64,000 nucleotides of DNA from Candidatus Izemoplasmatales bacterium (GTDB lineage Bacteria; Bacillota_I; Bacilli_A; Izemoplasmatales; Hujiaoplasmataceae): NCBI GenBank assembly GCA_050949045.1, contig JBMNEZ010000001.1, positions 1,280,001 to 1,344,000 of the forward strand, written 5' to 3'. Numbering within the stretch: position 1 is the stretch's first letter; each line of letters opens with the position of its first letter. The notes under the pieces were generated by a model that was not told the DNA's origin, did not search any database, and was given only the letters and a program-made list of their open reading frames with translations. This document shows, piece after piece, positions 1 through 12,678 of the stretch. The position numbers were made by a program, and so were the translations under genes.

Positions 1-1
1 C

Positions 2-1444
2 ACCAATCCCGTCAAGGAGGACGCCTCTTTTGTCGAAGCGATTAAAGAGGACATCAAATGGCTGGGATACAAGCCCGCTAATGTCTTTTTTGGTTCTGAT
101 TACTTTGAAAAATCATATGAATTAGCGGTCAAATTGATCAGAAAAGGCCTTGCCTATGTTTGTGATCTATCCCAAGAGGAAATGAGTAAGTATCGAGGGA
201 CATTGACCGAACCGGGAACTCCTTCGCCATATCGCAACCGCTCGATTGAGGAAAACTTGCGGCTGTTTACAGAGATGCGTCAGGGAAAATACGCTGACGG
301 AGAAAAAACGTTAAGAGCCAAAATTGACATGTCGAGCCCGAACATCAATATGCGCGATCCTGTTATCTATCGCATCATCCACATTACACATCACAATACT
401 GGCGACAAATGGTGTATCTATCCGATGTACGATTTCGCTCATCCGCTTCAAGATGCTTTCGAAGGAATCACACATTCGCTATGTTCTTTAGAATATGTCG
501 ATCATCGTCCGCTGTACGACTGGTTCATCGAAAAATGCGAGACAGAACACGTCCCGCACCAATATGAGTTTGGACGTTTGAATATCACAAACACCATCAT
601 GTCAAAACGATATTTGAAACAATTGGTCGAAGCTAAGGTGGTCAAGGGCTACGACGATCCGCGGATGCCGACATTGGCCGGACTCAGAAGAAGAGGCTAT
701 TCTCCCGAAGCAATCAGAAATTTCATTCTTGGCACGGGATTGTCCCGCATCAATTCCACGGTTTCCAGTGAAATGCTTGAAAATTCACTTAGAAACGATC
801 TTTTGGGAAAAACGAAACGAATGAATGCAATCATCGATCCGCTTAAGGTCACCATCACCAATTACGAGTCCAGCGAAGTTGAACCGATCAATGTTATTTG
901 CAATCCTGATAATGAGCAATTAGGCGAAAGGACAATCTATTTCGGAAAACATCTTTATATTGAAAAAGCCGATTTTCTACCTAAAGCACCCAATAAACAA
1001 TGGCGTCGCCTGTCGCTTGGTTTGGAAGTTAGGTTGATGTTCGGCTACTTCATCAAATGCCACAACATCATTTATGATGATCAAGGAGAAGTGCTTGAAA
1101 TCGAATGTTCCTACGATCCCAAGACCAAATCGGGATCCGGATTCAACGAGCGCAAGCCAAACGGAACAATCCATTTTGTCGAGGCATCAACCGCTGTTAA
1201 AGCAAGATTCAATCTCTTTGATTCGTTATTGGTCGACGACGATTCCGACAGACCGCTCCTTGAAAGGCTAAATCCATTCTCCTGGGAGATTAAAGAGGGA
1301 TTTATCGAACCGGAACTAAAAAAAGCCGAACAGGGAGAAAGATTTCAATTCATCCGAAACGGTTACTATTTCGTGGATTACGACTCTACTCCGACAATGC
1401 CTATATTTAACCGCATTGTCGAGTTGAAATCGAGTTTCAAATGA
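2..1444 (+). CDS. glnS: Glutamine--tRNA ligase (5' end outside window)
   Basis: Frame open from base 2 (TNPVKEDASFVEAIKEDIKWLG); GlnRS motifs RAKIDM, YPMYDFAH, ITHSLCSLE, MSKR, DDPRMPTL, FQFIRNGYY. Confidence 0.95.
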   Translation, partial: TNPVKEDASFVEAIKEDIKWLGYKPANVFFGSDYFEKSYELAVKLIRKGLAYVCDLSQEEMSKYRGTLTEPGTPSPYRNRSIEENLRLFTEMRQGKYADGEKTLRAKIDMSSPNINMRDPVIYRIIHITHHNTGDKWCIYPMYDFAHPLQDAFEGITHSLCSLEYVDHRPLYDWFIEKCETEHVPHQYEFGRLNITNTIMSKRYLKQLVEAKVVKGYDDPRMPTLAGLRRRGYSPEAIRNFILGTGLSRINSTVSSEMLENSLRNDLLGKTKRMNAIIDPLKVTITNYESSEVEPINVICNPDNEQLGERTIYFGKHLYIEKADFLPKAPNKQWRRLSLGLEVRLMFGYFIKCHNIIYDDQGEVLEIECSYDPKTKSGSGFNERKPNGTIHFVEASTAVKARFNLFDSLLVDDDSDRPLLERLNPFSWEIKEGFIEPELKKAEQGERFQFIRNGYYFVDYDSTPTMPIFNRIVELKSSFK

Positions 1445-1686
1445 AAATCAGGAAACTGCTTGGCCTTGGTGGCTACTTCATAATTACAGCGATCGGCATT
1501 TTGGGAATCGTCATCAATTCTCTGGCGCTTTCCGGATCAGACCTTATCGATTTGGGGATGTCATCCTGGCAGACGATCTTTTTTCTAGTTGTTTTTTCGG
1601 TTGGAACCGCCATTGGAATCTACAACTTTATTAAAGGTGTTTCTCGTCTAATCAAAGATATCAACATCAATAAAGAAAACAAGTAA
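1441..1686 (+). CDS. Small hypothetical membrane protein (two hydrophobic helices)
   Basis: ATGA overlap with glnS stop; two hydrophobic segments; followed by a terminator. Confidence 0.75.
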   Translation: MKIRKLLGLGGYFIITAIGILGIVINSLALSGSDLIDLGMSSWQTIFFLVVFSVGTAIGIYNFIKGVSRLIKDININKENK

Positions 1687-1711
1687 AACCGACCATCATG
1701 GTCGGTTTTTT
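1685..1711 (+). terminator. Intrinsic terminator
   Basis: AAAACCGACCA-TCA-TGGTCGGTTTTTT hairpin plus T tract. Confidence 0.85.
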
Positions 1712-1778
1712 AGCCCATAATATTCGCAGAAAAAAGCCCTTTATTCATGGTATAATATCTATATATAAAGGTGATATC

Positions 1779-3968
1779 ATGGGCAATGCAATTCTTGAAC
1801 AATTGAATCCCCAACAAATAGAAGCTGTTAGAAAAGTATCCGGACCGATCATGGCCGTTGCCGGAGCCGGTTCGGGAAAGACCAGAGTTCTAACCAATCG
1901 GATTGCTTATCTAATTAAGGAGGTCGGCGTTCCGGCAGAAAACATTCTTGCGATCACTTTCACCAACAGAGCCGCCGAAGAGATGCGAAACCGCATCTTC
2001 AACCTGATTGATTTACCTCTCAAAGGGATCTGGATTTCCACCTTTCATGCCTTGGGAGCCAAAATACTCCGTAGGGAAATCAAACGTCTCGATTACACGG
2101 AGAACTTTCAGATCGTCGATGACGATGACGTAATCGTCATCGTCAAGAGATTGCTTAAGGAATCCGGATATGAAACGAAATACTATTCGCCAAAAGCAAT
2201 CGCCGGCATGATTGAAAAAATCAAAGGCGACGAGGCTTTGATTGAGATTGTCCAACCGCCACTAAATATGATCGTGAAGGAAATGTATCCCCTTTATTGC
2301 AATTATCTTAAGAAAAACAATCTCGTTGATTTTGAAGATTTATTGGTCTTACCACTGAAACTCTTCAATGAGTTTCCCGATGTTCTCGCAAAATATCAAA
2401 AACAGTTCCAGTATGTTTTAGTAGATGAATTCCAAGACACCAACGATATGCAATATGATTTGATTTATCTGCTTGCAAAAGAACATAAGAATTTGTTCAT
2501 CGTTGGGGACGAGGATCAAAGCATCTATGCCTTTCGGGGATCAAATATCGATAATATCAGAAAATTCATGCGTGATTTTCCCGATCATCACAAAGTAGTT
2601 CTCAATCAGAATTATCGATCCAAAACCAATATTCTTGAAGCAGCCAATTCTCTTATCCGCAACAACCGCAACCGGGTACCTAAGGATTTGTTCAGCGAAC
2701 TCGGAACCGGAGAAAAGGTGATTCACTTTCGCGCACAGAACGATGAAGAGGAAGCTTACTACATCTTCAACAAAATCAAAATGTTGCGCAAAAACGGATT
2801 CAACTATAATGATTTCACTATCTTGTATCGCAATAATGCCATGAGCAGACGCTTCGAGGATGTTCTTTTACGTTACAATATACCTTATAAGGTCATTGGC
2901 AACGTATCGTTCTACAAACGAAAGGAAATCAAGGATATCGTTGCTTACTTGCGTTTGCTTGTCGATCCGGGAGACGACCCAGCTTTGATCAGAATATATA
3001 ACGAACCTAGGCGTGGAATCGGAGCTCTCACATTTGACAAAATTATTTCTGAGGCTGAAAAAAGAAATCTTAAATTGTTCGATATAATCGACGAATCAAT
3101 TCCCCAGGTGAGCGAAAAAGCACTGGAAAAATTAAGAAAATTAAAACAGAATCTATCTTTGATTCGCAAGGACATCGAGAGTGTCAACCTGCTCAAAACT
3201 TATGACCGGGTTCTTGAAGACAGTGGCTATCTAGGAATGCTCAAACAGGAAGACTTATCGATCGAGAAAAAACTGGATGCGGAAAAAAGGGTCGATAATC
3301 TTAGAGAATTCAAGACAATTATCTTAGAAAAAATCAAGGACTACGATCCGGGAATCTCAAATCTTGAGAAGTTGATCAATATTTTAACAGACATGGCACT
3401 AAGGGAAGAAGCAGATGAATACAATGAGAAAGAAGATTATGTCAGTTTAATGACTGCTCATTGTGCCAAAGGAACCGAGTTCAGGGTCGTTTTCGTAACC
3501 TGTCTTGAACAAGGGTTGTTTCCCTCAAGTCAGAGTCTACTCGAACGATTTGATGTCGAAGAGGAGAGAAGACTGTTTTATGTGGCGCTTACTAGGGCCA
3601 AGGATATGGTGTTTCTCACGAGTGCCGGTCAAAGATTCATATACGGACGTATCCAGGAAAATCCGGATTCACAATTCATCGATGAGATTGATGAATTATA
3701 TTTGGAGCGCCTAGGCCAAGCAAAAAAGAGCAAAGCTACGAGAGAACCCGTCCGCAATCGTCGTAAAAGCAATATTATCCTTGACATAACTCCAGATTAC
3801 GAGTCTGTTAATCTCAAACTTGAGATTGGGGACCGCATCAACCATAAAACGTTTGGAAATGGCGTTGTTGTCGCAATTACCAACGACAAAGCGACCATTG
3901 CCTTCAGCAAGGAACATGGTATTAAAACCTTGATGAAAGACCATCCAAGCATCAAAAAAACGAGGTAG
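1779..3968 (+). CDS. pcrA: ATP-dependent DNA helicase PcrA/UvrD
   Basis: AGAGSGKT, VDEFQDTN, VGDEDQSIYAFRG, EEERRLFYVALTRA; start moved to ATG 1779 after RBS AAAGGTGA; extended -10 TGGTATAAT at 1748-1756. Confidence 0.95.
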   Translation: MGNAILEQLNPQQIEAVRKVSGPIMAVAGAGSGKTRVLTNRIAYLIKEVGVPAENILAITFTNRAAEEMRNRIFNLIDLPLKGIWISTFHALGAKILRREIKRLDYTENFQIVDDDDVIVIVKRLLKESGYETKYYSPKAIAGMIEKIKGDEALIEIVQPPLNMIVKEMYPLYCNYLKKNNLVDFEDLLVLPLKLFNEFPDVLAKYQKQFQYVLVDEFQDTNDMQYDLIYLLAKEHKNLFIVGDEDQSIYAFRGSNIDNIRKFMRDFPDHHKVVLNQNYRSKTNILEAANSLIRNNRNRVPKDLFSELGTGEKVIHFRAQNDEEEAYYIFNKIKMLRKNGFNYNDFTILYRNNAMSRRFEDVLLRYNIPYKVIGNVSFYKRKEIKDIVAYLRLLVDPGDDPALIRIYNEPRRGIGALTFDKIISEAEKRNLKLFDIIDESIPQVSEKALEKLRKLKQNLSLIRKDIESVNLLKTYDRVLEDSGYLGMLKQEDLSIEKKLDAEKRVDNLREFKTIILEKIKDYDPGISNLEKLINILTDMALREEADEYNEKEDYVSLMTAHCAKGTEFRVVFVTCLEQGLFPSSQSLLERFDVEEERRLFYVALTRAKDMVFLTSAGQRFIYGRIQENPDSQFIDEIDELYLERLGQAKKSKATREPVRNRRKSNIILDITPDYESVNLKLEIGDRINHKTFGNGVVVAITNDKATIAFSKEHGIKTLMKDHPSIKKTR

Positions 3969-5966
<1,998 letters not shown>

Positions 5967-5986
5967 TACCGAAGGGAAGTTTTATT

Positions 5987-8821
5987 GTGGACGACAAGAT
6001 CGTCATCAAAGGCGCAAGGGAAAACAATCTGAAATCTGTTTCTTTGACCATACCAAAAAACCAATTGATCGTCATGACAGGCCTCTCCGGGTCTGGAAAG
6101 ACCAGCTTGGCTTTCGATACAATCTATGAAGAGGGCAGAAGGCGTTACATTGAATCCTTAAGCGCGTATGTTCGCCAGTTTCTTGGTAATATGGAAAAAC
6201 CCGACGTTGATTCCATCGAAGGGCTTTCACCGGCGATTTCGATCGATCAGAAGACGACATCGCATAACCCTCGTTCGACCGTGGGAACCGTTACGGAGAT
6301 CTATGATTATATCAGATTGCTTTATGCTCGGATCGGAAGGGCGTATTGTCCCGTACACGGAATAGAGATCGCCTCTCAGTCGATCCAAGAAATGGCCAAC
6401 CGGATCATGGAACGAAAACAGGCAAAAGTTTTCATTATGGCTCCGGTAGTTCGCGATAAAAAAGGAATGCATGAAAAACTGCTTGAAGATTTGCGCAGAG
6501 AGGGTTATGCCCGCATCAGAATCAACGGAAACGACCACGAACTTGACGAGGATATATTGCTTGAAAAAAACAAGAGGGTCGACATCGATGTTGTGATCGA
6601 CAGAATTGTCGTTAAAGATGAAACCCGCTCGAGACTCTATGATTCCCTTGAAACGGCTGCCAGATTAGCCAAAGGCTTGGTCAAGGTGGAAATTGATGGC
6701 AAGGAACATCTTTTCAGCGAACATTTCTCTTGCCCGGAATGCGGCTTCACGATCAGTTCGCTCGAACCTCGGCTGTTTTCTTTCAATGCGCCCTATGGAG
6801 CTTGTGACGAATGTCTTGGCCTCGGCTTCAAACGCAAGATCGATCCCAAAAGAATGATCCCAAATCCAGAAAAATCAATCCTCGGCGGCGCACTCGACAA
6901 ATATGCCAATTACGAGTCGATCTATCTCCAACAAGTTATTCAGGCATGCAAGGCCTATGGTATCGATGTTGAAAAGCCGTTCAAAGACTTGAGCGAGAGC
7001 GAGCAGGACGTCATTTTCTATGGGACCGTTGATCCGGTTGAATTCCGTATTAAAACCAGGACGGGATCAATGCAACACCGGTTCATCAAACCGTTTGAAG
7101 GAGTCATCAACAGCCTTGAGAGACGATATTTGGAGACAACCTCGAGAATGATTCGTGACTGGATCGAAACGATGATGAACGATATTCCCTGTGAAAAATG
7201 TCGCGGTACCAAACTCAACGAACAGGCTTTGTCGGTTAAAGTCGGTGGCATAAATATCCATGAACTAACCTCACTCAGCGTCGTCAAACTTAATATTTTT
7301 TTGGACAATCTCAAATTGACAGACAAGGAATACGAAATCGCAAGAACGATTCTAAAAGAAATCAAGGATCGGCTTGGATTCCTTATCAATGTCGGACTCG
7401 ACTATCTGACTCTGGGGAGGTCATCGACCACTTTGTCCGGAGGAGAAGCGCAAAGAATCAGGCTCGCCACCCAGATCGGTTCGCAGTTGACCGGAGTCCT
7501 ATACGTGCTCGACGAGCCATCCATCGGCCTCCATCAAAGAGATAATCATCGCCTTATTAACGCTCTCAAAGACATGCGTGATATCGGTAATACGATGATT
7601 GTCGTCGAGCACGACATGGAAATAATCAGGTCTTCTGATTTTGTAGTTGACATGGGGCCTGGAGCCGGCGAGCACGGCGGCGAAGTTATCTACGCGGGCT
7701 CACCCGAAAAAATCAGCGAATGTGAAGCATCGATAACCGGGAAATATCTTTCTGGGAAACTTGCCATCAAGATTCCTTCCAAGAGAAGAGCCCATGAACG
7801 TGGATACTTGCGGATAAAAGGAGCGACTCAAAACAACCTCAAGGCGATAGATGTTGATTTCCCAATTGGCTGTTTTTCCGTTGTGACCGGAGTTTCGGGA
7901 TCGGGTAAATCCAGCCTTGTCAATGAGGTTTTATACAAGAATATGGTGAACCTGATCACAAGAAGAAGCGAAACCGCGGGGTCATGTTCAGGAATCGAAG
8001 GATTCGAGCAATTCGACAAGATCATCAATATCGATCAATCCGCAATCGGCAGAACTCCAAGAAGCAACCCTGCCACCTATACCGGTGTCTTTGACGATAT
8101 AAGGGATTTATTTTCAAGCACAAAGGAAGCGCGGATACGCGGATACAACAAAGGGCGTTTTTCCTTCAATGTCAAAGGCGGTCGCTGCGAGCACTGCATG
8201 GGAGACGGAGTCATCAAGATCGAAATGCATTTCATGCCCGACATCTATGTCGAATGTGAGGAATGCCATGGCAAACGCTATAACCAGGAAACGCTGGAGA
8301 TCAAATACAAAGGCAAGACAATCGCCGATATTTTGGACATGTATGTCGAAGATGCGGTTGAGTTCTTCCGAAACATTCCTAAAATACACAATCGTTTAAA
8401 GACAATCAATGATGTTGGGCTCGGCTACATCAAACTCGGCCAATCGTCGACAACTCTTTCAGGAGGAGAAGCCCAACGGGTCAAGCTTGCGAGTGAACTG
8501 TATAGGCGGATTACCGACAAATCACTGTATATTTTGGATGAGCCGACCACCGGATTACACAGCCACGATATCGTGAATTTGCTCGATGTTTTGCAAAAAA
8601 TTGTTGACAAAGGAGCTACCGTGATCGTCATTGAGCATAATCTTGATGTCATCAAAGTCGCCGATCATGTCATTGATCTCGGTCCTGAAGGCGGAGATTC
8701 TGGCGGTGAGGTGTTGATTGTCGGCACCCCTGAAGCGGTCTCAGAGTGTAAGGCAAGTTATACCGGCCAATACTTACGTCCGGTTCTTAGAAATATTGAT
8801 TCCAATTTACTTGAAGAATAA
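5987..8821 (+). CDS. uvrA: Excinuclease ABC subunit A
   Basis: Two ABC ATPase modules (GLSGSGKT, GVSGSGKSS, LSGGEAQR twice), zinc fingers; GTG start. Confidence 0.97.
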   Translation: MDDKIVIKGARENNLKSVSLTIPKNQLIVMTGLSGSGKTSLAFDTIYEEGRRRYIESLSAYVRQFLGNMEKPDVDSIEGLSPAISIDQKTTSHNPRSTVGTVTEIYDYIRLLYARIGRAYCPVHGIEIASQSIQEMANRIMERKQAKVFIMAPVVRDKKGMHEKLLEDLRREGYARIRINGNDHELDEDILLEKNKRVDIDVVIDRIVVKDETRSRLYDSLETAARLAKGLVKVEIDGKEHLFSEHFSCPECGFTISSLEPRLFSFNAPYGACDECLGLGFKRKIDPKRMIPNPEKSILGGALDKYANYESIYLQQVIQACKAYGIDVEKPFKDLSESEQDVIFYGTVDPVEFRIKTRTGSMQHRFIKPFEGVINSLERRYLETTSRMIRDWIETMMNDIPCEKCRGTKLNEQALSVKVGGINIHELTSLSVVKLNIFLDNLKLTDKEYEIARTILKEIKDRLGFLINVGLDYLTLGRSSTTLSGGEAQRIRLATQIGSQLTGVLYVLDEPSIGLHQRDNHRLINALKDMRDIGNTMIVVEHDMEIIRSSDFVVDMGPGAGEHGGEVIYAGSPEKISECEASITGKYLSGKLAIKIPSKRRAHERGYLRIKGATQNNLKAIDVDFPIGCFSVVTGVSGSGKSSLVNEVLYKNMVNLITRRSETAGSCSGIEGFEQFDKIINIDQSAIGRTPRSNPATYTGVFDDIRDLFSSTKEARIRGYNKGRFSFNVKGGRCEHCMGDGVIKIEMHFMPDIYVECEECHGKRYNQETLEIKYKGKTIADILDMYVEDAVEFFRNIPKIHNRLKTINDVGLGYIKLGQSSTTLSGGEAQRVKLASELYRRITDKSLYILDEPTTGLHSHDIVNLLDVLQKIVDKGATVIVIEHNLDVIKVADHVIDLGPEGGDSGGEVLIVGTPEAVSECKASYTGQYLRPVLRNIDSNLLEE

Positions 8822-8893
8822 CTCGAAAATCCTGTTTTGATGTGATATTATAGATAAGGCCCTCCATAACAACGGCGTCGGGCGGTGAAAAAC

Positions 8894-9454
8894 ATGGATG
8901 ACAAAGACAACAAAGACTTGCGTAAAGAAATCGAAGAACTCGAGAAATTGATTGAAATCGTCAAGGAAAAACACAAAGAAGAGAAGAAGGATTTCAAGCA
9001 AAGCGAAAGAAAACTGAGCGGTGCGATCAGAATCGATTTGGCAACCAAATATTCTTCCAATCCAGTAATTAACATCATCACCAGCCTACTCATGAACTTC
9101 ATTCTCATCTACGCGATCAATAGGCTTTTTGGTTTTGCGGAAATCAGATATGATTATCTCTATGTTGTCATCAGTCTGGCATTCACTTTATATGAAGAAT
9201 TGTATAAGGAAATTTTAATTAGACGTTTTTTTAAATTGGTGATCTATTCATCGGGACTGATTTTCTTCTTTATGAATGTTGTTTTCTTTTATATGATCGA
9301 TCTTTTGGTTTTTAAGATGTTTTTCTCATTCCTGAACGCTTTCTATCCGCTTTTGTTTGCGGCGACATTCGGAATAATCAGATTGATTGTCAAAAACATC
9401 TATCTGTTCTTTATTAGAAAAATCACGGTTATCACATCTAAAAAAAGATCTTAG
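8894..9454 (+). CDS. Hypothetical membrane protein (charged N-terminal helix plus ~4 TM)
   Basis: Charged N-terminus then four hydrophobic segments; directly upstream of hprK. Confidence 0.75.
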   Translation: MDDKDNKDLRKEIEELEKLIEIVKEKHKEEKKDFKQSERKLSGAIRIDLATKYSSNPVINIITSLLMNFILIYAINRLFGFAEIRYDYLYVVISLAFTLYEELYKEILIRRFFKLVIYSSGLIFFFMNVVFFYMIDLLVFKMFFSFLNAFYPLLFAATFGIIRLIVKNIYLFFIRKITVITSKKRS

Positions 9455-9464
9455 GGGTGATCCT

Positions 9465-10412
9465 TTGTCCAGATATTTGACGGTTGAACAAGTCATCAAG
9501 GGCTTGTCACTGGAGGTTCTTTCCGGCCGCAAGGGTATTATGAGAAAAGTAACCAAACAATCACTGTCCAAACCGGGTATTGAACTCGCTGGGATGTTTG
9601 ATTACTACGAACACGACCGTATCCAGGTCCTCGGATCGAAAGAAGAGGCTTTTTTCCGTTCTCTTTCTTTGAATGAAAAAAAAGAAAGGGTCAGAATGCT
9701 ATTTCAAAAAGAGCCTCCGGCATTCGTCTTTTCCAAAAATGTCCATATCCCCAAACTATTTCTTGATCTTGGCGATGAATTTGGGATCCCCGTTCTCAGA
9801 AGCAACTATCAGACATCCTCGCTGTTCAGCGAGTTGTTTGCTTTTCTCCAAGCCAGACTGGCGGAAAGAATCTCGCTTCATGGCGTTTTGATGGACATCA
9901 ACGGTGTTGGCGTCTTAATCACTGGTAAATCGGGGCTTGGGAAAAGCGAGGTTGCCCTCGAATTGATCAGGCGCGGCTATATGCTTGTCGCCGACGATAT
10001 GGTGGAAATTTTTCAGTTGGAAAAGGGAATGCTGATAGGGGAAGCTCCCGAACTGTTGAAGAAGTATCTTGAAATTCGTGGAATTGGCATTGTCAATGTT
10101 ATCTATTTATTCGGGGCCAAAGCCTATCGCGAGAGCAAACGGATTTCACTTTTCGTTGAACTGGAAAAATGGGAAGGCAATGGGAATTTTGACCGTTTGG
10201 GACTGATTGCCGGAAAACACAAGATCTTTGATACGGAAATTGCATCGGTTAAATTGCCGATAACAGAAGCGCGAAACACGGCTACGCTTGTCGAAGCGGC
10301 CGCATATGATTACAAAGCCAAGCGCCTTGGCTACCATTCAGGCGAAGATTTCAATAAAGAATTGAACTGTCAAATCATAAACAATCAGAAGCAGAGCGAG
10401 GATGACGAATGA
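9465..10412 (+). CDS. hprK: HPr kinase/phosphorylase
   Basis: HGVLMDINGVGVLITGKSGLGKSE, LVADDMV, LEIRGIGI, FDRLG; TTG start after RBS GGGGTGA. Confidence 0.95.
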   Translation: MSRYLTVEQVIKGLSLEVLSGRKGIMRKVTKQSLSKPGIELAGMFDYYEHDRIQVLGSKEEAFFRSLSLNEKKERVRMLFQKEPPAFVFSKNVHIPKLFLDLGDEFGIPVLRSNYQTSSLFSELFAFLQARLAERISLHGVLMDINGVGVLITGKSGLGKSEVALELIRRGYMLVADDMVEIFQLEKGMLIGEAPELLKKYLEIRGIGIVNVIYLFGAKAYRESKRISLFVELEKWEGNGNFDRLGLIAGKHKIFDTEIASVKLPITEARNTATLVEAAAYDYKAKRLGYHSGEDFNKELNCQIINNQKQSEDDE

Positions 10413-11650
10413 AAAAAAGACAAAAACTGATGTTAGTCATCATGTTGCTTGGCATGATGGGCTTTTTTTGTGCTTGTGGAAACAACGAGGCGCCAGACAC
10501 CTTCACGGTTTCCTTTGTCGATTACGACGGCACTGTCCTCAAGGAAATCAACTGCAACGCCGACGAGGTTTGTGTGATTGCCCCTCCCGCCGAACCAGAC
10601 AACAAGGAAAACTGTTATTTTACAAGATGGAGCGTTTGGGAGTCGGAGTATAAAAACATTGATCGCGATACGACAATCAAGGCAATCTACACCCTTGACA
10701 ACCGGGTGGTCACGATTTTTGGCAGATCGATTGTTTTTTACTCTTTCTTCATCATGACTGGGATTGTTATAGCAATCTTTTTAAGCCTTAAGGAAGTCAA
10801 AAGGCACGGGATGAAACAAGATGATTTGATGGATGGAGTTTTGTGGATCGTACCGGTTGCGATTTTGGGGTCAAGGCTGTGGTACGTCGCTTTTGAATGG
10901 GATTCATTTGCCGGAGGGGGCTTTGGGCCAACGCTTTTGAGAATTCTTGGTTTTTCAAGCGGGACTCTTGACTTCTCCAGTTTCGGGCTGTCGGGTCTCG
11001 CGATCCATGGGGCTTTTTTCACTGCGATCGTATGTGCGTTCATCCATACAAAAATTAGAAAAATTGATTTTTTAACGATCCTTGACATTGTCGCCGTCGG
11101 CTTCATCGTCGCTCAAACTATCGGTAGATGGGGGAATTTCTTCAATCAGGAAGCTCATGGCAATCTGGTCGGCGGCATAACTAACGGCGTCGCCAACTTG
11201 ACGCTCGAACAGCAGTACCATCATTTGCGTCATGTTCTTCACTTGCCCGAATTCGTCGTCAACAACATGTATATTAAAGCCGGCTTTCACGGATTCGACG
11301 TCGCTCCCTTGACGGGTTTTTACCATCCGACCTTCTTCTATGAGTCGATGCTCAATCTTGTTGGGTTTTCGCTTATGCTGATTCTTCGAAGAATCAAAAA
11401 AGTCCAGATCGGCGAGATTTTTGCCTTTTATCTCATTTGGTACGGCGGAATCAGAATCTTTATTGAAACAATGCGAACCGATCCATTGACGTTCGAACTC
11501 TTCGGGATGACCTTTAAGTCGGCGATCGTCACTTCTTCGTTGATGATTCTTGGCGGTATTTTAATCTCCCTTTATGTCAGAATCAAAAGAAAAGAAAAAA
11601 ACTATGGCACGATTCCCGGATGCTTTCGCAGTAAAAAAAAGCTAACATAA
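10409..11650 (+). CDS. lgt: Prolipoprotein diacylglyceryl transferase with N-terminal lipoprotein-like signal and InlB B-repeat-like domain
   Basis: Lgt motifs LAIHGA, GRWGNFFNQEAHG, YHPTFFYES; classic hprK-lgt synteny; ~95 extra N-terminal residues. Confidence 0.9.
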   Translation: MKKRQKLMLVIMLLGMMGFFCACGNNEAPDTFTVSFVDYDGTVLKEINCNADEVCVIAPPAEPDNKENCYFTRWSVWESEYKNIDRDTTIKAIYTLDNRVVTIFGRSIVFYSFFIMTGIVIAIFLSLKEVKRHGMKQDDLMDGVLWIVPVAILGSRLWYVAFEWDSFAGGGFGPTLLRILGFSSGTLDFSSFGLSGLAIHGAFFTAIVCAFIHTKIRKIDFLTILDIVAVGFIVAQTIGRWGNFFNQEAHGNLVGGITNGVANLTLEQQYHHLRHVLHLPEFVVNNMYIKAGFHGFDVAPLTGFYHPTFFYESMLNLVGFSLMLILRRIKKVQIGEIFAFYLIWYGGIRIFIETMRTDPLTFELFGMTFKSAIVTSSLMILGGILISLYVRIKRKEKNYGTIPGCFRSKKKLT

Positions 11651-11724
11651 AAACAGATTACTTGATAATAAACATCACTGGCGATCAAGTAATTAAGCAA
11701 TCAAGCAATAACGGAGTGATATCA

Positions 11725-12678
11725 ATGTCATTTTCAACAGACGTCAAAACTGAACTGGCAAGTTTGAACCATATCGATTGTTGTAATCGGGCCGAACTGT
11801 CGGCGATGTATGCGATCGGTGGATCAATTGAAATCAGTAAAGAAAGCGTCAGCTTGCAGTTTCAAAGCACGAATCTTGCAGTTGTCCGCAAATTGATGAA
11901 ACTCACTAAAACTCTTTTCAATATCGATATGACCCTCATCAGCCAAAAACAGGCGAAACTTCAAAAACACAATATGTATCATGTCAAGATCACCACAGAT
12001 GTCGAGAAAATCATCACTGAACTGGCGTTGATCAGTCCTGACGGCGTCTTCTTCCAGCATCTTGATCCAATGATTGTTAAAAACGATTGTTGCAAGAAAG
12101 CCTACCTTCGCGGTGTTTTTCTTGCGGGTGGCTCGATGAACAGTCCGGAAACGCCAACCTATCATCTGGAAATCCAAACGTTTTCGAAAGAGTTGGCTGA
12201 GGCGATTGCCGACTTGGCAAATCACTACAAATTGAAAGCAAAGACCGCAAAAAACAGACGCGGCCAAATCGTCTATTTAAAAGAAGCGGAACGGATCGCC
12301 GATTTTTTGCGGGTGATTGATGCGACGAACTCGCTCTTTGTCTATGAGGACTCCCGAATCAAACGCGATTTCAAAAACTCAATCAACCGGGTGATCAACT
12401 GCGATATCGCCAATGAAAAAAAAGCGCTGGCTGCCGCTATGAGACAACTTGAACAAATTGAAATCATTGAAAAACACTTTCGAAACCAAATTCCAAAAAG
12501 TATGCGCGAAGCCATCTTTCTCAGAAAAAAGTATCCAGAATCGACTTTGCTGGAACTAAGCTATGCTTCAAAAGAGCATTTTTCCGAACCAATCTCCAAA
12601 TCCGCTCTCAATCATCGCTTTCGAGCGATGAAGGATCTTGCCGGAAAACTGATGATCGAGGGCGAACGCCATGATTAG
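11725..12678 (+). CDS. whiA: DNA-binding protein WhiA
   Basis: MSFSTDVKTEL start, AYLRGVFLAGGS, YHLEI, NRVINCDIAN, ISKSALNHRFR. Confidence 0.93.
   Translation: MSFSTDVKTELASLNHIDCCNRAELSAMYAIGGSIEISKESVSLQFQSTNLAVVRKLMKLTKTLFNIDMTLISQKQAKLQKHNMYHVKITTDVEKIITELALISPDGVFFQHLDPMIVKNDCCKKAYLRGVFLAGGSMNSPETPTYHLEIQTFSKELAEAIADLANHYKLKAKTAKNRRGQIVYLKEAERIADFLRVIDATNSLFVYEDSRIKRDFKNSINRVINCDIANEKKALAAAMRQLEQIEIIEKHFRNQIPKSMREAIFLRKKYPESTLLELSYASKEHFSEPISKSALNHRFRAMKDLAGKLMIEGERHD

Noticed and set aside
1698..1778. N-terminal extension of PcrA in the ORF track
   Set aside because: The region holds a terminator, promoter and RBS; similar over-long starts were trimmed for hprK, whiA, kamA, glmL, lacI and adh.
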